A stretch of DNA of 64,000 nucleotides from Octopus sinensis. Lineage: Eukaryota. The notes below the pieces were generated by a model. The model was not told the DNA's origin, did not search any database, and saw only the letters and a program-made list of their open reading frames with translations. The position numbers and the translations under genes are program-made. Shown piece by piece: positions 14,128 to 25,898 of the stretch. The stretch spans positions 51,584,001 through 51,648,000 of the forward strand of contig NC_043008.1 of NCBI RefSeq assembly GCF_006345805.1, written 5' to 3'. Every line of letters begins with the position of its first letter. Within the stretch, counting starts at the first letter, position 1.

Positions 14128-14339
14128 GTAAAATCATATAATATTATTCTTTACTCTCAATTTATTTCCTACTTATTTTTGCATGTGCATGCACATATGT
14201 GTACATACATACACACACAGCACGCACACACACACACACACACATACACATATGGATATATATTTTTTTCTTTATCTTTTAGTTTCACCTCAAAGCTGCG
14301 GCCATGCTGTGGTACCAACGTTTTGCTACACTGTTATCA

Positions 14340-15045
14340 TTGAGAGCTTCCTCTAGTATGTAGTATTTGTTGAATAAGGGAGTTTCATGTTACTAATCTC
14401 ATTAGCAGCTCTTGCTGCAAGGTAGGTTCATCTGGGACTCTCAATAGAAAGAGGTCCAGTTTTGATTTGAAAACACCTACATCCTCTTTGTGTAGGTCCC
14501 TCAGGCTCCTTGGGAGAATATTAAAAATCTGTGGGCCTCTGAAACCCAGGCTGTTGCAGTAACTGGTCCTGAAGTGCGATGGCATTGCGGCGATCTTTGG
14601 TACTGTGCAGTGTTGACCCATTCTGGCACTGGTGTAGCTTTGAATGCCAAAATTTGGCACACTTCCTTCCAGGATCTTCCAGATATATATTACTGCATAC
14701 CTCTCCTGTCTTCACTCTAGGGAGTAGAGTCTTAGCTGTTTCAGCCTTTCCCTGTAGCTGAGCTCTTGCAATAAGACAATCTTCTTTGTCAAAAGCTTTC
14801 GCAAAATCAAGGTGTATTACATCCATGTTTGAGTTGTTGAGTAACTGCCTCAACAGCCAGTCACAATGTTGTAAGAGCTGGGTCAGGCAGCTCCTACCTG
14901 GTTGAAAGCCATGCTGAGTATCACTCAGCAAACTATCTTCTTCAAGGAATGTGATTAGTTTCCCCTCTGACTATCCGTTCCATGACTTTGTTGATGTGTG
15001 AAGTCAGATAGATAGGCCTATAGTTTTTGGCATCTGCTCTGCTTC

Positions 15046-15089
<44 letters not shown>

Positions 15090-15419
15090 TATATACTATA
15101 TATATATATATACATATATACGTATATACATACATATATATATGTACGTCTTCTTGAAAATTTTAGTTGCTTCTATGCTTAATTTAGGCAACATGTTCTT
15201 TGTCTATCTCCTTAACTCCTTGAGATTTTAGGTATAATTGTACTAATGTGTCCATCTGTTCTAATTTAATTTTATGTCTTTGTGCAGCTGAATATTGCTC
15301 AACATTTTAAATTGATGTAATGATTGCTTTGTTCAATTAAATGGAATTGCATGAAATGGTGAACTGCATTACCTCTGGATATCCTTGTTGCTTATTTTGA
15401 TTTATATGGATATATATAT

Positions 15420-15481
<62 letters not shown>

Positions 15482-15577
15482 ATAGATAGATAGATAGATA
15501 GATAGATAGATGGATGGATAGATGGATGGATGATGGTTGGATGGATGGATGGATGGTTGGATGGATGGATATATATT

Positions 15578-15621
<44 letters not shown>

Positions 15622-15632
15622 GTATATAAAAG

Positions 15633-15711
<79 letters not shown>

Positions 15712-16900
15712 TATATATATAATCCTTAAATCTTTAAAAATGTTTCAACCCAAAAGCTGCGGTCATGCCTGTGTTCTGGAGGTGTAGTGAATACACTTTG
15801 GAACTGTTCGTCCAGTATTTCACTTATCCTCATGGGATTTCCTGTGAGGGAACGATCTTTTTGGAAGAGAGGTCCTATCCTCTGGCATACTGCAACTGTC
15901 TCTTTGGCAAACTTAAAGAAGGCTTTAGGGTTTGACTTGATATTTTCTATAACCCAAGCCTCTTTATCTGCTCTCTCCTTTTCATGAGACTGATGCAGAC
16001 TTTTCTCAATTTCCATTTGCATTCTCTCGAGGTGAGACTTCTCGCCACTTTTGGTGTGCTTGCTCAGGCAGTCTGCAATCCTTCTCCGTCATCTCATAAG
16101 AATCTTCCTTTCCCTAGGGATCCTGTTTTTGTGTTTGCTGGCCCTGCACACTGGGACATATTTGTCACATATGGCTTGTATTATGGACATGAAACGTTTG
16201 TGTTTCACGTCAATGTTTGGTGTGGAAAGGCATTTAGGCCAATCCTGTTTGAGGATCTCTTTCTCAATCAACTTCCAATTAGCTTTATGAAAGTTTAGTT
16301 TGGAGAGATTGTGGATGCTTCATATAGGCTGTGTGTCTGTGGGGGCTTTTGGTCCATACATAGACAGCTCTATTATGTTGTGATCCGAGACCAATGTTGG
16401 CATCACTTTAACATTATGGATAATGTCCATATTGTTTGTGAATCAGAGATCCAGTATATTATTTTCCCTGGTTGGTTGCAACACAATTTACTCCATGAAA
16501 GAGACATTTGTGAGGTTGAGCAGGGACTCCACCTGTGCTTGCTGATGGTGTGTCATCCCTAGGAGCATCTGCTCCCCAGGCCATTCCACATTGGGGAAGT
16601 TAAAGTCACCCAGGAAGAATACACTGTTGTGTTGTTCCAGTTTGGTGAGAACTTCTATTTTTGTTAGTCAGTCTTCAAACATGCCTGTGTGATTTGGGGC
16701 ATCCGGTGGGCGATATGTAGTACATATGATGATATTCAGTTGTCTTATGTGTACAATTTGAGTGTCACACACTGAGTTTGAATATGACAATAGGACCTTG
16801 GGCATGAGGTCATCTCGGATGTACACTGCAACTCCACCATGACTCCTCTCTTTTCTATCTGAGTGTATGACAACATATAGCGGTATGTTTATTTCTGCAT
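14340..16900 (-). mobile_element. CR1-group LINE ORF2 remnant (APE, RT and C-terminus) split by a microsatellite-flanked insert at ~15047-15725
   Basis: QHGFQPGRSCLTQLL...DVIHLDFAKAFDK (ORF 14521..14931), SLGFRGPQIFNILP...FKSKLDLFL, and YRPP / LGDFNFP endonuclease motifs at ~16600-16730. Confidence 0.8.
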
Positions 16901-17734
16901 ATATATATAATTATATAAAAAATACATAATGGGACTAGAACACAAGACATCCACACAGTTTGGTGATACAAAAAGGGTACACTAAATCTTGTACGACTTT
17001 ATTCTTTCCTTCTGTCTATCAGCCCTTTCACGCATACTTCGTTCATTCCACACTTCGTTCTTTCGTTCCCCCTCTCTCACATTTTCTTGACTTCTGTTCA
17101 TGCTCACTTTCCTTCCTCTTTCACTTCACTGTGTCCCTGTCATTCTTCTCCTCTCCCTTTCACTGTTCCCTCTCTCTTACTCCTCCTCCTCCTCGACTCT
17201 CTCGTCACTGATACGTGATCAGAGGGAAGCCATCTTTCGAACTGCTATCTTCACCAAGACAAGACCGCTTATCCTGTCTCTCTCATAATAAGCTGTCTCC
17301 TCAAACGTTCAGAATAATTTTTCCAATGTCTTGGCTTAACAGCCCTCATCATTTGTTTTTACTGAGTTATTCTCTTTGTTCTGTCTTTTACTGTTTTTAC
17401 TGTCGTCTTGTTTTGTTCTTACTCTCCTGCTCATGTTACCACTTTTACCCCTCTGCAAAAAATCCCAAATTTTATTTAATTTGCTTTGCGGGAAGGACTG
17501 TTTCAACAAAGTTGCATCTTGTCCTTGCCTTCGAACACAGAGTAGGCAAAACAGGGACAACTGAAGAAGGGGAATATTCCTTGTGTTGTATGTCTTGTAC
17601 TCTATTATTTTGTTTTTTGAAAAATAGTTTGTTTCCATGTTTTTATTTTTATGTTTTCGTTTCTCATTGTGTACAATGTTTTTTTTTGATGTTTTGTACC
17701 CATATATGCATGTATATATACATATAGATGTAGG

Positions 17735-18018
17735 TATGTAGGTATGGATATATATATATATATATATATATGGATATATATATATATATATGGATATATA
17801 TATATATGGATATATATATATATATGGATATATATATATATATGGATATATATATATGTATATATATATATATTATATAAATGGCGGTGCCCCAGCATGG
17901 CCACAGCTCATTAGCTGAAACTAGAAAAATCAAAAATCAAAAAAATCACATATATATGTATATATATATGTATATATATATATGTATATCTATATATATA
18001 TATATATATATGTATATC

Positions 18019-18051
<33 letters not shown>

Positions 18052-18135
18052 GTATATCTATATATATATATATATGTATATCTATATATATATATATATA
18101 TATATATATCTATATATATATATGTATATCTATAT
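17735..18135. repeat. Compound (TA)n microsatellite blocks
   Basis: Direct reading; source of several spurious YIYI ORFs. Confidence 0.9.
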
Positions 18136-18220
18136 AATAATAAATATTAGGGAATAAATCCAAATTTACAGGGAAAAAATCAGATTTAGGATTAAATCCA
18201 ATTTTATAGTAAAATATTAT

Positions 18221-18417
18221 ATAATATTAATTCGAGACAAAACCACTATTTTGCAAATCAAACAAGGAAAGACTTAATCAATACATAAAAAAATTTAATA
18301 TAAAGTAAATAAATAAATAAAGTAAATATTTACTTTATATTAAAATTTTTTATGTATTGATTAAGTCTTTCCTTGTTTGATTTGCAAAATAGTGGTTTTG
18401 TCTCGAATTAATATTAT
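18221..18417. repeat. Near-perfect inverted repeat, 90-bp arms (18221-18310 / 18328-18417)
   Basis: ataatattaattcgagacaaaacc...aaagtaaat versus its reverse complement. Confidence 0.9.
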
Positions 18418-18594
18418 GTATATCTATATATATATATATATGTATATCTATATATATATATATATGTATATCTATATCTATATCTATATCTATATAACGG
18501 GAAGCTTTATGAAAATAAACAAAAGACGAAGGCAGGTGGAAAACAAACGAACAATTGTATTAGTATGGCGCTCAGGAAATATAAATAAAACAAG

Positions 18595-18632
18595 TCTTTA
18601 ACGTTTCGAGCCTACGCTCTTCAACAGAAAGA
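18595..18632 (-). ncRNA. Minimal type-I hammerhead-like motif (variant core CUGUUGA)
   Basis: tcttt-CTGTTGA-a-gagc(gtag)gctc-GAAA-c-GTT-aaaga. Stems I and II pair; the conserved A6 is replaced by U. Confidence 0.5.
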
Positions 18633-18999
18633 TACACAGAGAGAGAAAAACACAGAAAGAAGAAGAGAAAAAAAATGCGTGCAGTAGCTAACGAATCAAC
18701 ATGGCTCTGCAAGACAAATGTCGTGTTTTCAAAAGTTCTAAATCAAAATCTTCCACCAAACCTTAGTCACAATTTATAGTACATACATACATATCCTTTT
18801 ACTGAGTGTCAAGCTAATACATTCCCTGAGTATGTCTTCTTATCTGTTATTGTTAATTTTTAATATTAATCATTTATTTGAATTGACTATCTATATCTAT
18901 CTATATACCTATCTACCTATCTATATATCTATCAATCTATCTATTTATATAAATGTGTGTCTGTGTGCCTCTCTGTGTGTGTGTGTGTGTGTGGATATA

Positions 19000-19032
<33 letters not shown>

Positions 19033-19044
19033 TGTCTATTGCAG

Positions 19045-19315
19045 AAAGAAAGTGTTCAGAAACAGTGTAAACAGAGGTAACACATCAAAACTTCAAGATG
19101 TAAATGAAAATCATTATTACTCCATGCAAAATACTACTCCAGTTTGTATCAGCAAACGCAATCAAGAATTACCATCTTCACAGCTTAAATCTCAAGATCT
19201 TGTTGAAGATGGATATTGCTGTATGAAAAATCCCAGTTCAGTTTACATCAATAAACCCACACAACAACCATTCTATTCAGATCTAGAAATCCATATATAT
19301 GAAGAACTTGCATAA
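19045..19315 (+). CDS. Gene A terminal exon: cytoplasmic tail RKKVFRNSV...FYSDLEIHIYEELA*
   Basis: Acceptor tgtctattgcag| in phase 2, in frame with ORF 18953..19315. Basic juxtamembrane residues. Homologous to 55096-55390 (-), including the start of the 3'UTR. Confidence 0.88.
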
Positions 19316-19655
19316 AAAGAACTCCTCACCTTGTTGATAATCCTCGTATTGAACAACTCAACACATAACCTGACAAATATATATTAAGATAAAATTTTAA
19401 TGCTTGGTAGTTTGGCATGATTTTTTTAAATTTCAGAAACTGTATCTTACTTTTTTAGACAGTGACATCATCACCCAGAAAATTTGAAAAATATACCCCA
19501 TAATGAATAATTTCAAAATAATATATGGAATAATTTCTCATTATTTTTAACTTACAAAAAATCTTAGTATAAAACCATTTTAAAAAATAAATTGTATTTT
19601 TTAAAATCAATCTATTATTATTATCATTATTAGCATCATTATTTTTATTGCTACT

Positions 19656-19830
19656 GGGGTGTATGGCTTTGTGGTTAGGGTGTTGCATTCACAACTTAGT
19701 GATCATAGTTTCAATCCCTCTACTAGATGGTGCATATTGTTTTTAAGCAACATATTTCATCTCGCATTGCTCAGTGATAACTTTGACACTTGACACATAG
19801 TACTCTATGCACATTAAAAAGACAGGCAAA
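19656..19830 (+). mobile_element. tRNA-derived SINE (third family; related pieces at ~33480-33660 + and ~45700-45840 -)
   Basis: A-box-like tggctttgtggttag, B-box-like gtttcaatcc, shared downstream body. Confidence 0.5.
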
Positions 19831-20099
19831 GGCAATCCCAGTATGATATGGCCTTGCTCTTTATCTTTCCAGGCTCAATGGAATTAAATCATTTGAACAC
19901 TAAGGTTGATGAAATCATACAAGCCTCACCTCCTAAAATTACAGGCCTTGAGCCAGAATTTGAAACCATTAGTATATGCACACATGCACACACACACACA
20001 CACACACACATACACACATACACACACACACACTCAATGTAAATTCCTTGTGATTAATAAAGAAATCATTATCAAGACAGAATCTAATTGTTGTTGATA

Positions 20100-20780
20100 T
20101 TATTATTATTATCATCATCATCATCATTTCTTTTCATCACAGGTTGTGTTTGAACTCCTGGAGTTCTGCATGCATAGCAGGCTTGCAACCTGCAGTCTAC
20201 TGTACCATGCTATCCATTCTTTTCAGTTATCTAATACTTTCCTGATTATTCTAGCCATCTATTTTTTCACCTTCCATCTTGATTATTCATGGGACAAAGG
20301 AGCATGCAACACCAACTATATAGCACATGTAGTGCCTCTTGACGACCACCACTAGGCCCAGTCTGTTATTCTCTAGCACCTGATCTATTTGGATTGGGTA
20401 ATCCCAGAGAATTTTGCAAGTCCCCGACACTGCCACTCTCTGCAGTTTGTACTCATATCACGTCTTGCCTCTCACTAGCCCCCACTTTTTGCACAGTTTC
20501 CAATGTAGCTCTTTCACTACCTGATCATGTCCCCACAACTTGTAGTGGTTTTGGGCAAGTCTATGGCATACGTTTGTGATATGGGTAATGGTTTCATCCA
20601 GTCTATTACAGATGCAACACAACAGAGACACTTGCTCATTCCAGTTCATGGCCAAAGCTTGGTCTTGTGCTGCCAGTACAGTACTCTCAGTCTCTTTTTT
20701 TAGTGTTCTTTTCTTCAGGCAATCCTACCTATTTTTTCCAGCAACTTCTGTTGTGACTACATGGAATTAATTGTGTAGTC
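20100..20780 (-). mobile_element. R4/Dong-type (restriction-like endonuclease) LINE 3' fragment
   Basis: CCICNRLDETITHITNVC..LAQNHYK..HDQVVKELHWKLC CCHC/RHD region (ORF 20458..20655); microsatellite tail at ~20100-20127. Confidence 0.75.
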
Positions 20781-21134
20781 CCTTGTTGCACAATTCTTCT
20801 TTGTGTGCTTTTGTACTTCTTATTTTGGTTTTCCTTTTTTGTCTATTTTTTCTCTTTGTCTTGGGGTTTGAAAATGTACCTGATATTACACAGATGTTGC
20901 TGTATCTACCACTGGAATTCCTTAGTGTAGATTGAGTATAAAACAGTGAAGCAACACAATATAAAGCATTATTAATTCAGTAATAATTTCAATATACTGT
21001 TGAAATAGGTTTGATATTTGAATTACAACATGCAATTAATGCAATTGAAACATAGGTCAGACAATTATTATGAATAAACCAACTGTAAATAAACAAAGTT
21101 TGAATGTTCAGATTCTTCATTCTTCACTACTGAA

Positions 21135-21767
21135 CATTATTTACATTATGTATATTTGTCCTCATCTTGTTTGTTGTTAACACGTTTTGGCTGATATACC
21201 CTCCAGCCTTCATCAGGTGTCTTGGAGAAATTTCGAACCTGGGTTATCATTCCTAAGGTATTTTTCAATGCTATTATTATTATTTTTATTATTATTATTC
21301 AGGTCACTGCCTGGAATCGAACTCAGAATCTTGGGGTTAGTCGCCATAATCTTAACCACTATGACAGCTGCACTTTCGAGGAAATACTTAAATTTTTTCC
21401 CTACATTACATTATGGTATCATAAATATAAAATGATTTCTGTTTGTATAAATGTTATATATATTTTTTTCCATCAATATATGTAATTTCTATAACTATAT
21501 TTCATAGTGGTTAAGAGCACAGGCTACTAACCCCAATATTCCGAGTTTGATTCCAGGCAGTGACCTGAATAATGACAACAACAACAACAACAACATCAAA
21601 AAATACCTGAGGAATGAGAACCCAGGTTCGAAATTTCCCCAAGACACCTGATGAAGGCTTGGAGGGTATATCAGCTGATACGTGTTAACAACAAACAAGA
21701 TAAGGACAAATATCCATCAAATGTAAATAATGTACATAATTCCTCATCTCTTAAATATAGAACTGTA
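21135..21767. mobile_element. Inverted pair of composite elements (tRNA-like head, SSR, degenerate hammerhead-like tail) flanked by a 12-bp direct repeat
   Basis: 21143-21363 is the reverse complement of 21503-21722. Head tagtggttaag...gagtttgattcc; acacctgatgaaggct..cagc motif. ttcactactgaa at 21123-21134 and 21768-21779. Confidence 0.7.
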
Positions 21768-21819
21768 TTCACTACTGAAGATATACTGTTTTGCTTCAAC
21801 TGCACTTTCTAGAAAATGC

Positions 21820-21919
21820 NNNNNNNNNNNNNNNNNNNNNNNNNNNNNNNNNNNNNNNNNNNNNNNNNNNNNNNNNNNNNNNNNNNNNNNNNNNNNNNNN
21901 NNNNNNNNNNNNNNNNNNN
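21820..21919. other. Assembly gap (100 N, probably unsized)
   Basis: Exactly 100 N next to a minisatellite. Confidence 0.98.
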
Positions 21920-23300
21920 CACACAGCCACTCCTGCACCTACTGCCACACAGCCACTCCTGCACCTACTGCCACACAGCCACTCCTGCACCTACTGCCAC
22001 ACAGCCACTCCTGCACCTACTGCCCACAGTCCACCTCCTGCACCTACTGTCACACAGCCACTCCTGCACCTACTGCCACACAGCCACTCCTGCACCTACT
22101 GGCACACAGCCACTCCTGCACCTACTGCCACACAGCCACTCCTGCACCTACTCCCACACAGCCACTCCTGCACCTACTGCCACACAGCCACTCCTGCACC
22201 TACTGTCACACAGCCACTCCTGCACCTACTGCCACACAGCCACTCCTGCACCTACTGCCACACAGCCACTCCTGCACCTACTGCCACACAGCCACTCCTG
22301 CACCTACTGCCACACAGCCACTCCTGCACCTACTGCCACACAGCCACTCCTGCACCTACTGCCACACAGCCACTCCTGCACCTACTGCCACACAGCCACT
22401 CCTGCACCTACTCCCACACAGCCACTCCTGCACCTACTGCCACACAGCCACTCCTGCACCTACTGCCACACAGCCACTCCTGCACCTACTGCTGCCACAC
22501 GTCCACTCCACCTGCACCTACTGCCACACAGCCACTCCTGCACCTACTGCCACACAGCCACTCCTGCACCTACTCTGCCACACAGCCACTCCTGCACCTA
22601 CTGCCACACAGCCACTCCTGCACCTACTGCCACACAGCCACTCCTGCACCTACTGCCACACAGCCACTCCTGCACCTACTGCCACACAGCCACTCCTGCA
22701 CCTACTGTCACACAGCCACTCCTGCACCTACTGCCACACAGCCACTCCTGCACCTACTGCCACACAGCCACTCCTCCTGCACCTACTGTCACACAGCCAC
22801 TCCTGCACCTACTGCCACACAGCCACTCCTGCACCTACTGCCACACAGCCACTCCTGCACCTACTGCCACACAGCCACTCCTGCACCTACTGTCACACAG
22901 CCACTCCTGCACCTACTGCCACACGTCCACTCCTGCACCTACTGCCACACAGCCACTCCTGCACCTACTGCCACACAGCCACTCCTGCACCTACTGCCAC
23001 ACAGCCACTCCTGCACCTACTGCCACACAGCCACTCCTGCACCTACTGCCACACAGCCACTCCTGCACCTACTGCCACACAGCCACTCCTGCACCTACTG
23101 CCACACAGCCACTCCTGCACCTACTGCCACACAGCCACTCCTGCACCTATTGCCACATGTCCACTCCTGTGCCTATTGCCACACGTCCACTCCTGTGCCT
23201 ATTGTCACACAGCTACTCCTGCACCTATTGCCACATGTCCACTCCTGTGCCTATTGCCACACAGCCATTCCTGTGCCTATTGCCACACGTCCACTCCTGC
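21920..23300. repeat. 26-bp GC-rich minisatellite (ACACAGCCACTCCTGCACCTACTGCC), ~53 copies
   Basis: Direct reading. The 26-aa translated repeat equals three units. Units diverge toward 23140-23300. Confidence 0.95.
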
Positions 23301-24337
23301 AACTTCAACTTGAAATTATTACTCTATTCTAAATCATAAATTCATATAGAACTGAATGTAGAAACAGAGGTAGTGATGGAGACTGGTAGACGTAATATGT
23401 CTACATTTGGGTCTCTTCCCTATTATATCCCCTTTTGAGTCTACACAAGCTGTCTACCCTGCCTCTTGATATACCATCTCACCTCTTTATCAGCTCTATA
23501 CCACTTATCTGTCCATCACTCACTCCCTGTTCACCATCCATCTCTTCTGATCACTCTGCTATGGTGTATGCATAACTAAGGATAACAGTGAATCCCTCAT
23601 TTTCTCTATACCAAGCAACCAATGTAGGGATGTTAATGGACTTGTCTTTCAGATACCCTTTCTCCTTATCTGTGTCATTCTGCCTGTATTATGAAAGATG
23701 ACACTGGAACTGTCTGTTCTCTATCCTGCCTACAACCATCCCATCCTGCTTTCCTTCCTAAAGAAACAGTCAACATTCCTTCTCTCTCCTCTCTTCAACC
23801 ACCCCTCACTTCATTTTCCCTCTTTCTGCTATCATTCACTTGTCTCTCTTTGCAAACACGTCCTAGATTCTCCTACCATCACTCAATCTGTCATTCTCCC
23901 TCTTTGTCGCATTGCATTAAGAGAAGAGACATGGCATGAACTGGGAAATCTCACAAGTTTTTGTCTTGTGATAAAATGCAACCAGTGTATGCTTTAATTG
24001 GATTAGTAATTGATTGAAGATAGCATAGGGTCAAGAAAACCTGTTGGTCTTATGAAGAACAGGAGAGCCACCCTCTCACCAGTACCATGCATGTGTATGT
24101 CTGTGTAACTGATTGCATTCTACATTGAGGTGACTCAGAGATGGTGAGGTTTGTTGACATTTCTCAGTCAAGGTTGTCCAGTAGCTCTGCACTTTCAAAG
24201 ACAAGCGGAATGAAATCTCTCTCTCACTTAAACACATGTAAGGGTTAGTAACAAGAAGAACACCCAATTTTAAAGCAATGACTTGGTAATATGTATTCAT
24301 CAAACTGATGCTAAAATGAGAAACAAATGTAAAACTA

Positions 24338-24393
<56 letters not shown>

Positions 24394-25692
24394 GTTTATG
24401 AATTTGTGTTGCAAGACTCCTGATGTGAAATCGTGTGTTGAAACAGATATTATTGTATTTTGGGGCACACACTTGAAGATGGAAAGTGTTGTTGAAGGGG
24501 TCACAGATGTGTGACGAAAGATTTCCAGATAATGGACATGACTTAGAATAAGAAAAGTAATAAACAATGAAGAACAAATATATAGCGTATGTTTATTTCG
24601 CAGAAATAAATGACCATCCCAAAATACAACAACACACACACATATATACTATACTTTACTGTTCCTTTGTAGTAGGATCTGCAAAATAAGTATTCAGGCT
24701 CAGTGCATACAGTTAGGCTTATTTGAAAACTAGGACACTGGTCTATGAAAAAAATTTAGATAATTAGCATCATGGGATTCCTGTAGTTGAGATCTATAAT
24801 ATAATATAATTTTCTTTTGAAGATACATGAAATTGACTTTTACTCCATATATTCAAGTAAAAATTGATTTCATGCGTTAATCTCAATTTTTTTTCGTCAG
24901 TTTTTACCTCAGTACTTTTTTTTTACTGAATATTTATGTATATAACTAACATGATTAGATTCCTGTCATCGAGATCTATCATATAAGCTAAAACAAAATA
25001 AAGATTTATTTTTTAAAAATATTTACACTCAAAGTCGATTTCAGGCATCATTCTCCCATTTGTGACCTCCCATATTTAACTTTTTTTTTACAGAACCAAT
25101 TTTCAAATTTTTTAGCTTGAAATGTAGCTTATGATGTGACCAATCTAAAAATGTAAACATCATCTAATTTGGTTAAAAACTGAGTTAGTGAGTAAACAAT
25201 GACCGTAAGAATATTATTCACACACAACCATGTGGTGAATGATATACATATTAAAAATGTTTAGTGTTATAAACATTTTTGAATTTAATGCTTTCTCTTA
25301 TTAATATTTCAACATGTTAACAAAGCACAACTTATGTAACTAATGATATTTCTTTTGACTATGAATAAAAACAGTTTTTAGAGTAATTGAGAACATAAAT
25401 TTGAAAAAGCATTTTGCTATTATTCATTTTGCTAAACAACAAAAAGGATAAATGGTAAATTTAAACCTGGCATGAAGTGAACACAGAAGAGTGATGTTGA
25501 ATCATTCATCCAAACCATCTACTTTCTAATGAGAAATTATCAATACACATCCGTATGTTTGCTGAATTATGTATATGCATACATGTATTTCATTTAATCA
25601 AATCCAGAAAACCTGAAAACAAGTAATACTTTGAAGTCAAGTGAACCAGTTATACGTGTTTCTAAATGAGAGAAAATAAAGGGTTTACTTAC

Positions 25693-25898
25693 AACTGTCT
25701 CTGACCAAAATTTTCCTGTAGTCTCTATTTCTATTCTTGACCTTGTATTCATTTCCCTTGGAAGGAAGAATGATTTATTTGATGTTTTAGAATTCATTCC
25801 AAAATTAATATTTTTTACACCAGAAGGCTTTATTTCAAAAGAATAGTTATAATTGTCATTTATCTCACTACTTATAACTTCAAGGTTCCATTGTGTCC
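25693..25898 (-). CDS. Gene C exon (first-half module; phase 1->0), TQWNLEVISS...TTGKFWSETV
   Basis: Acceptor ccttctattactttctag|, donor gtt|gtaagt. 206 bp open, overlaps ORF 25594..25797. TxW start motif. Confidence 0.75.

Noticed and set aside
21503-21570. tRNA gene
   Set aside because: Only A/B-box-like motifs are present, without a complete cloverleaf, and they are fused to repeat sequence, so it is treated as a SINE head.
21920-23300. CRISPR-like array
   Set aside because: The repeats are contiguous with no unique spacers, the context is eukaryotic, and there are no cas genes.
21730-23339. Three ~510-aa ORFs with His/Thr/Pro repeats
   Set aside because: They are translations of a stop-free 26-bp minisatellite across an N gap; all three frames are open and there is no splice or start support.
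24660-24742. Minus-strand 83-bp open segment with good AG/GT (QCPSFQISLTVCTEPEYLFCRSYYKGT)
   Set aside because: It starts in phase 1, incompatible with the preceding phase-0 exon, and has no clear family similarity. It remains a weak candidate only.
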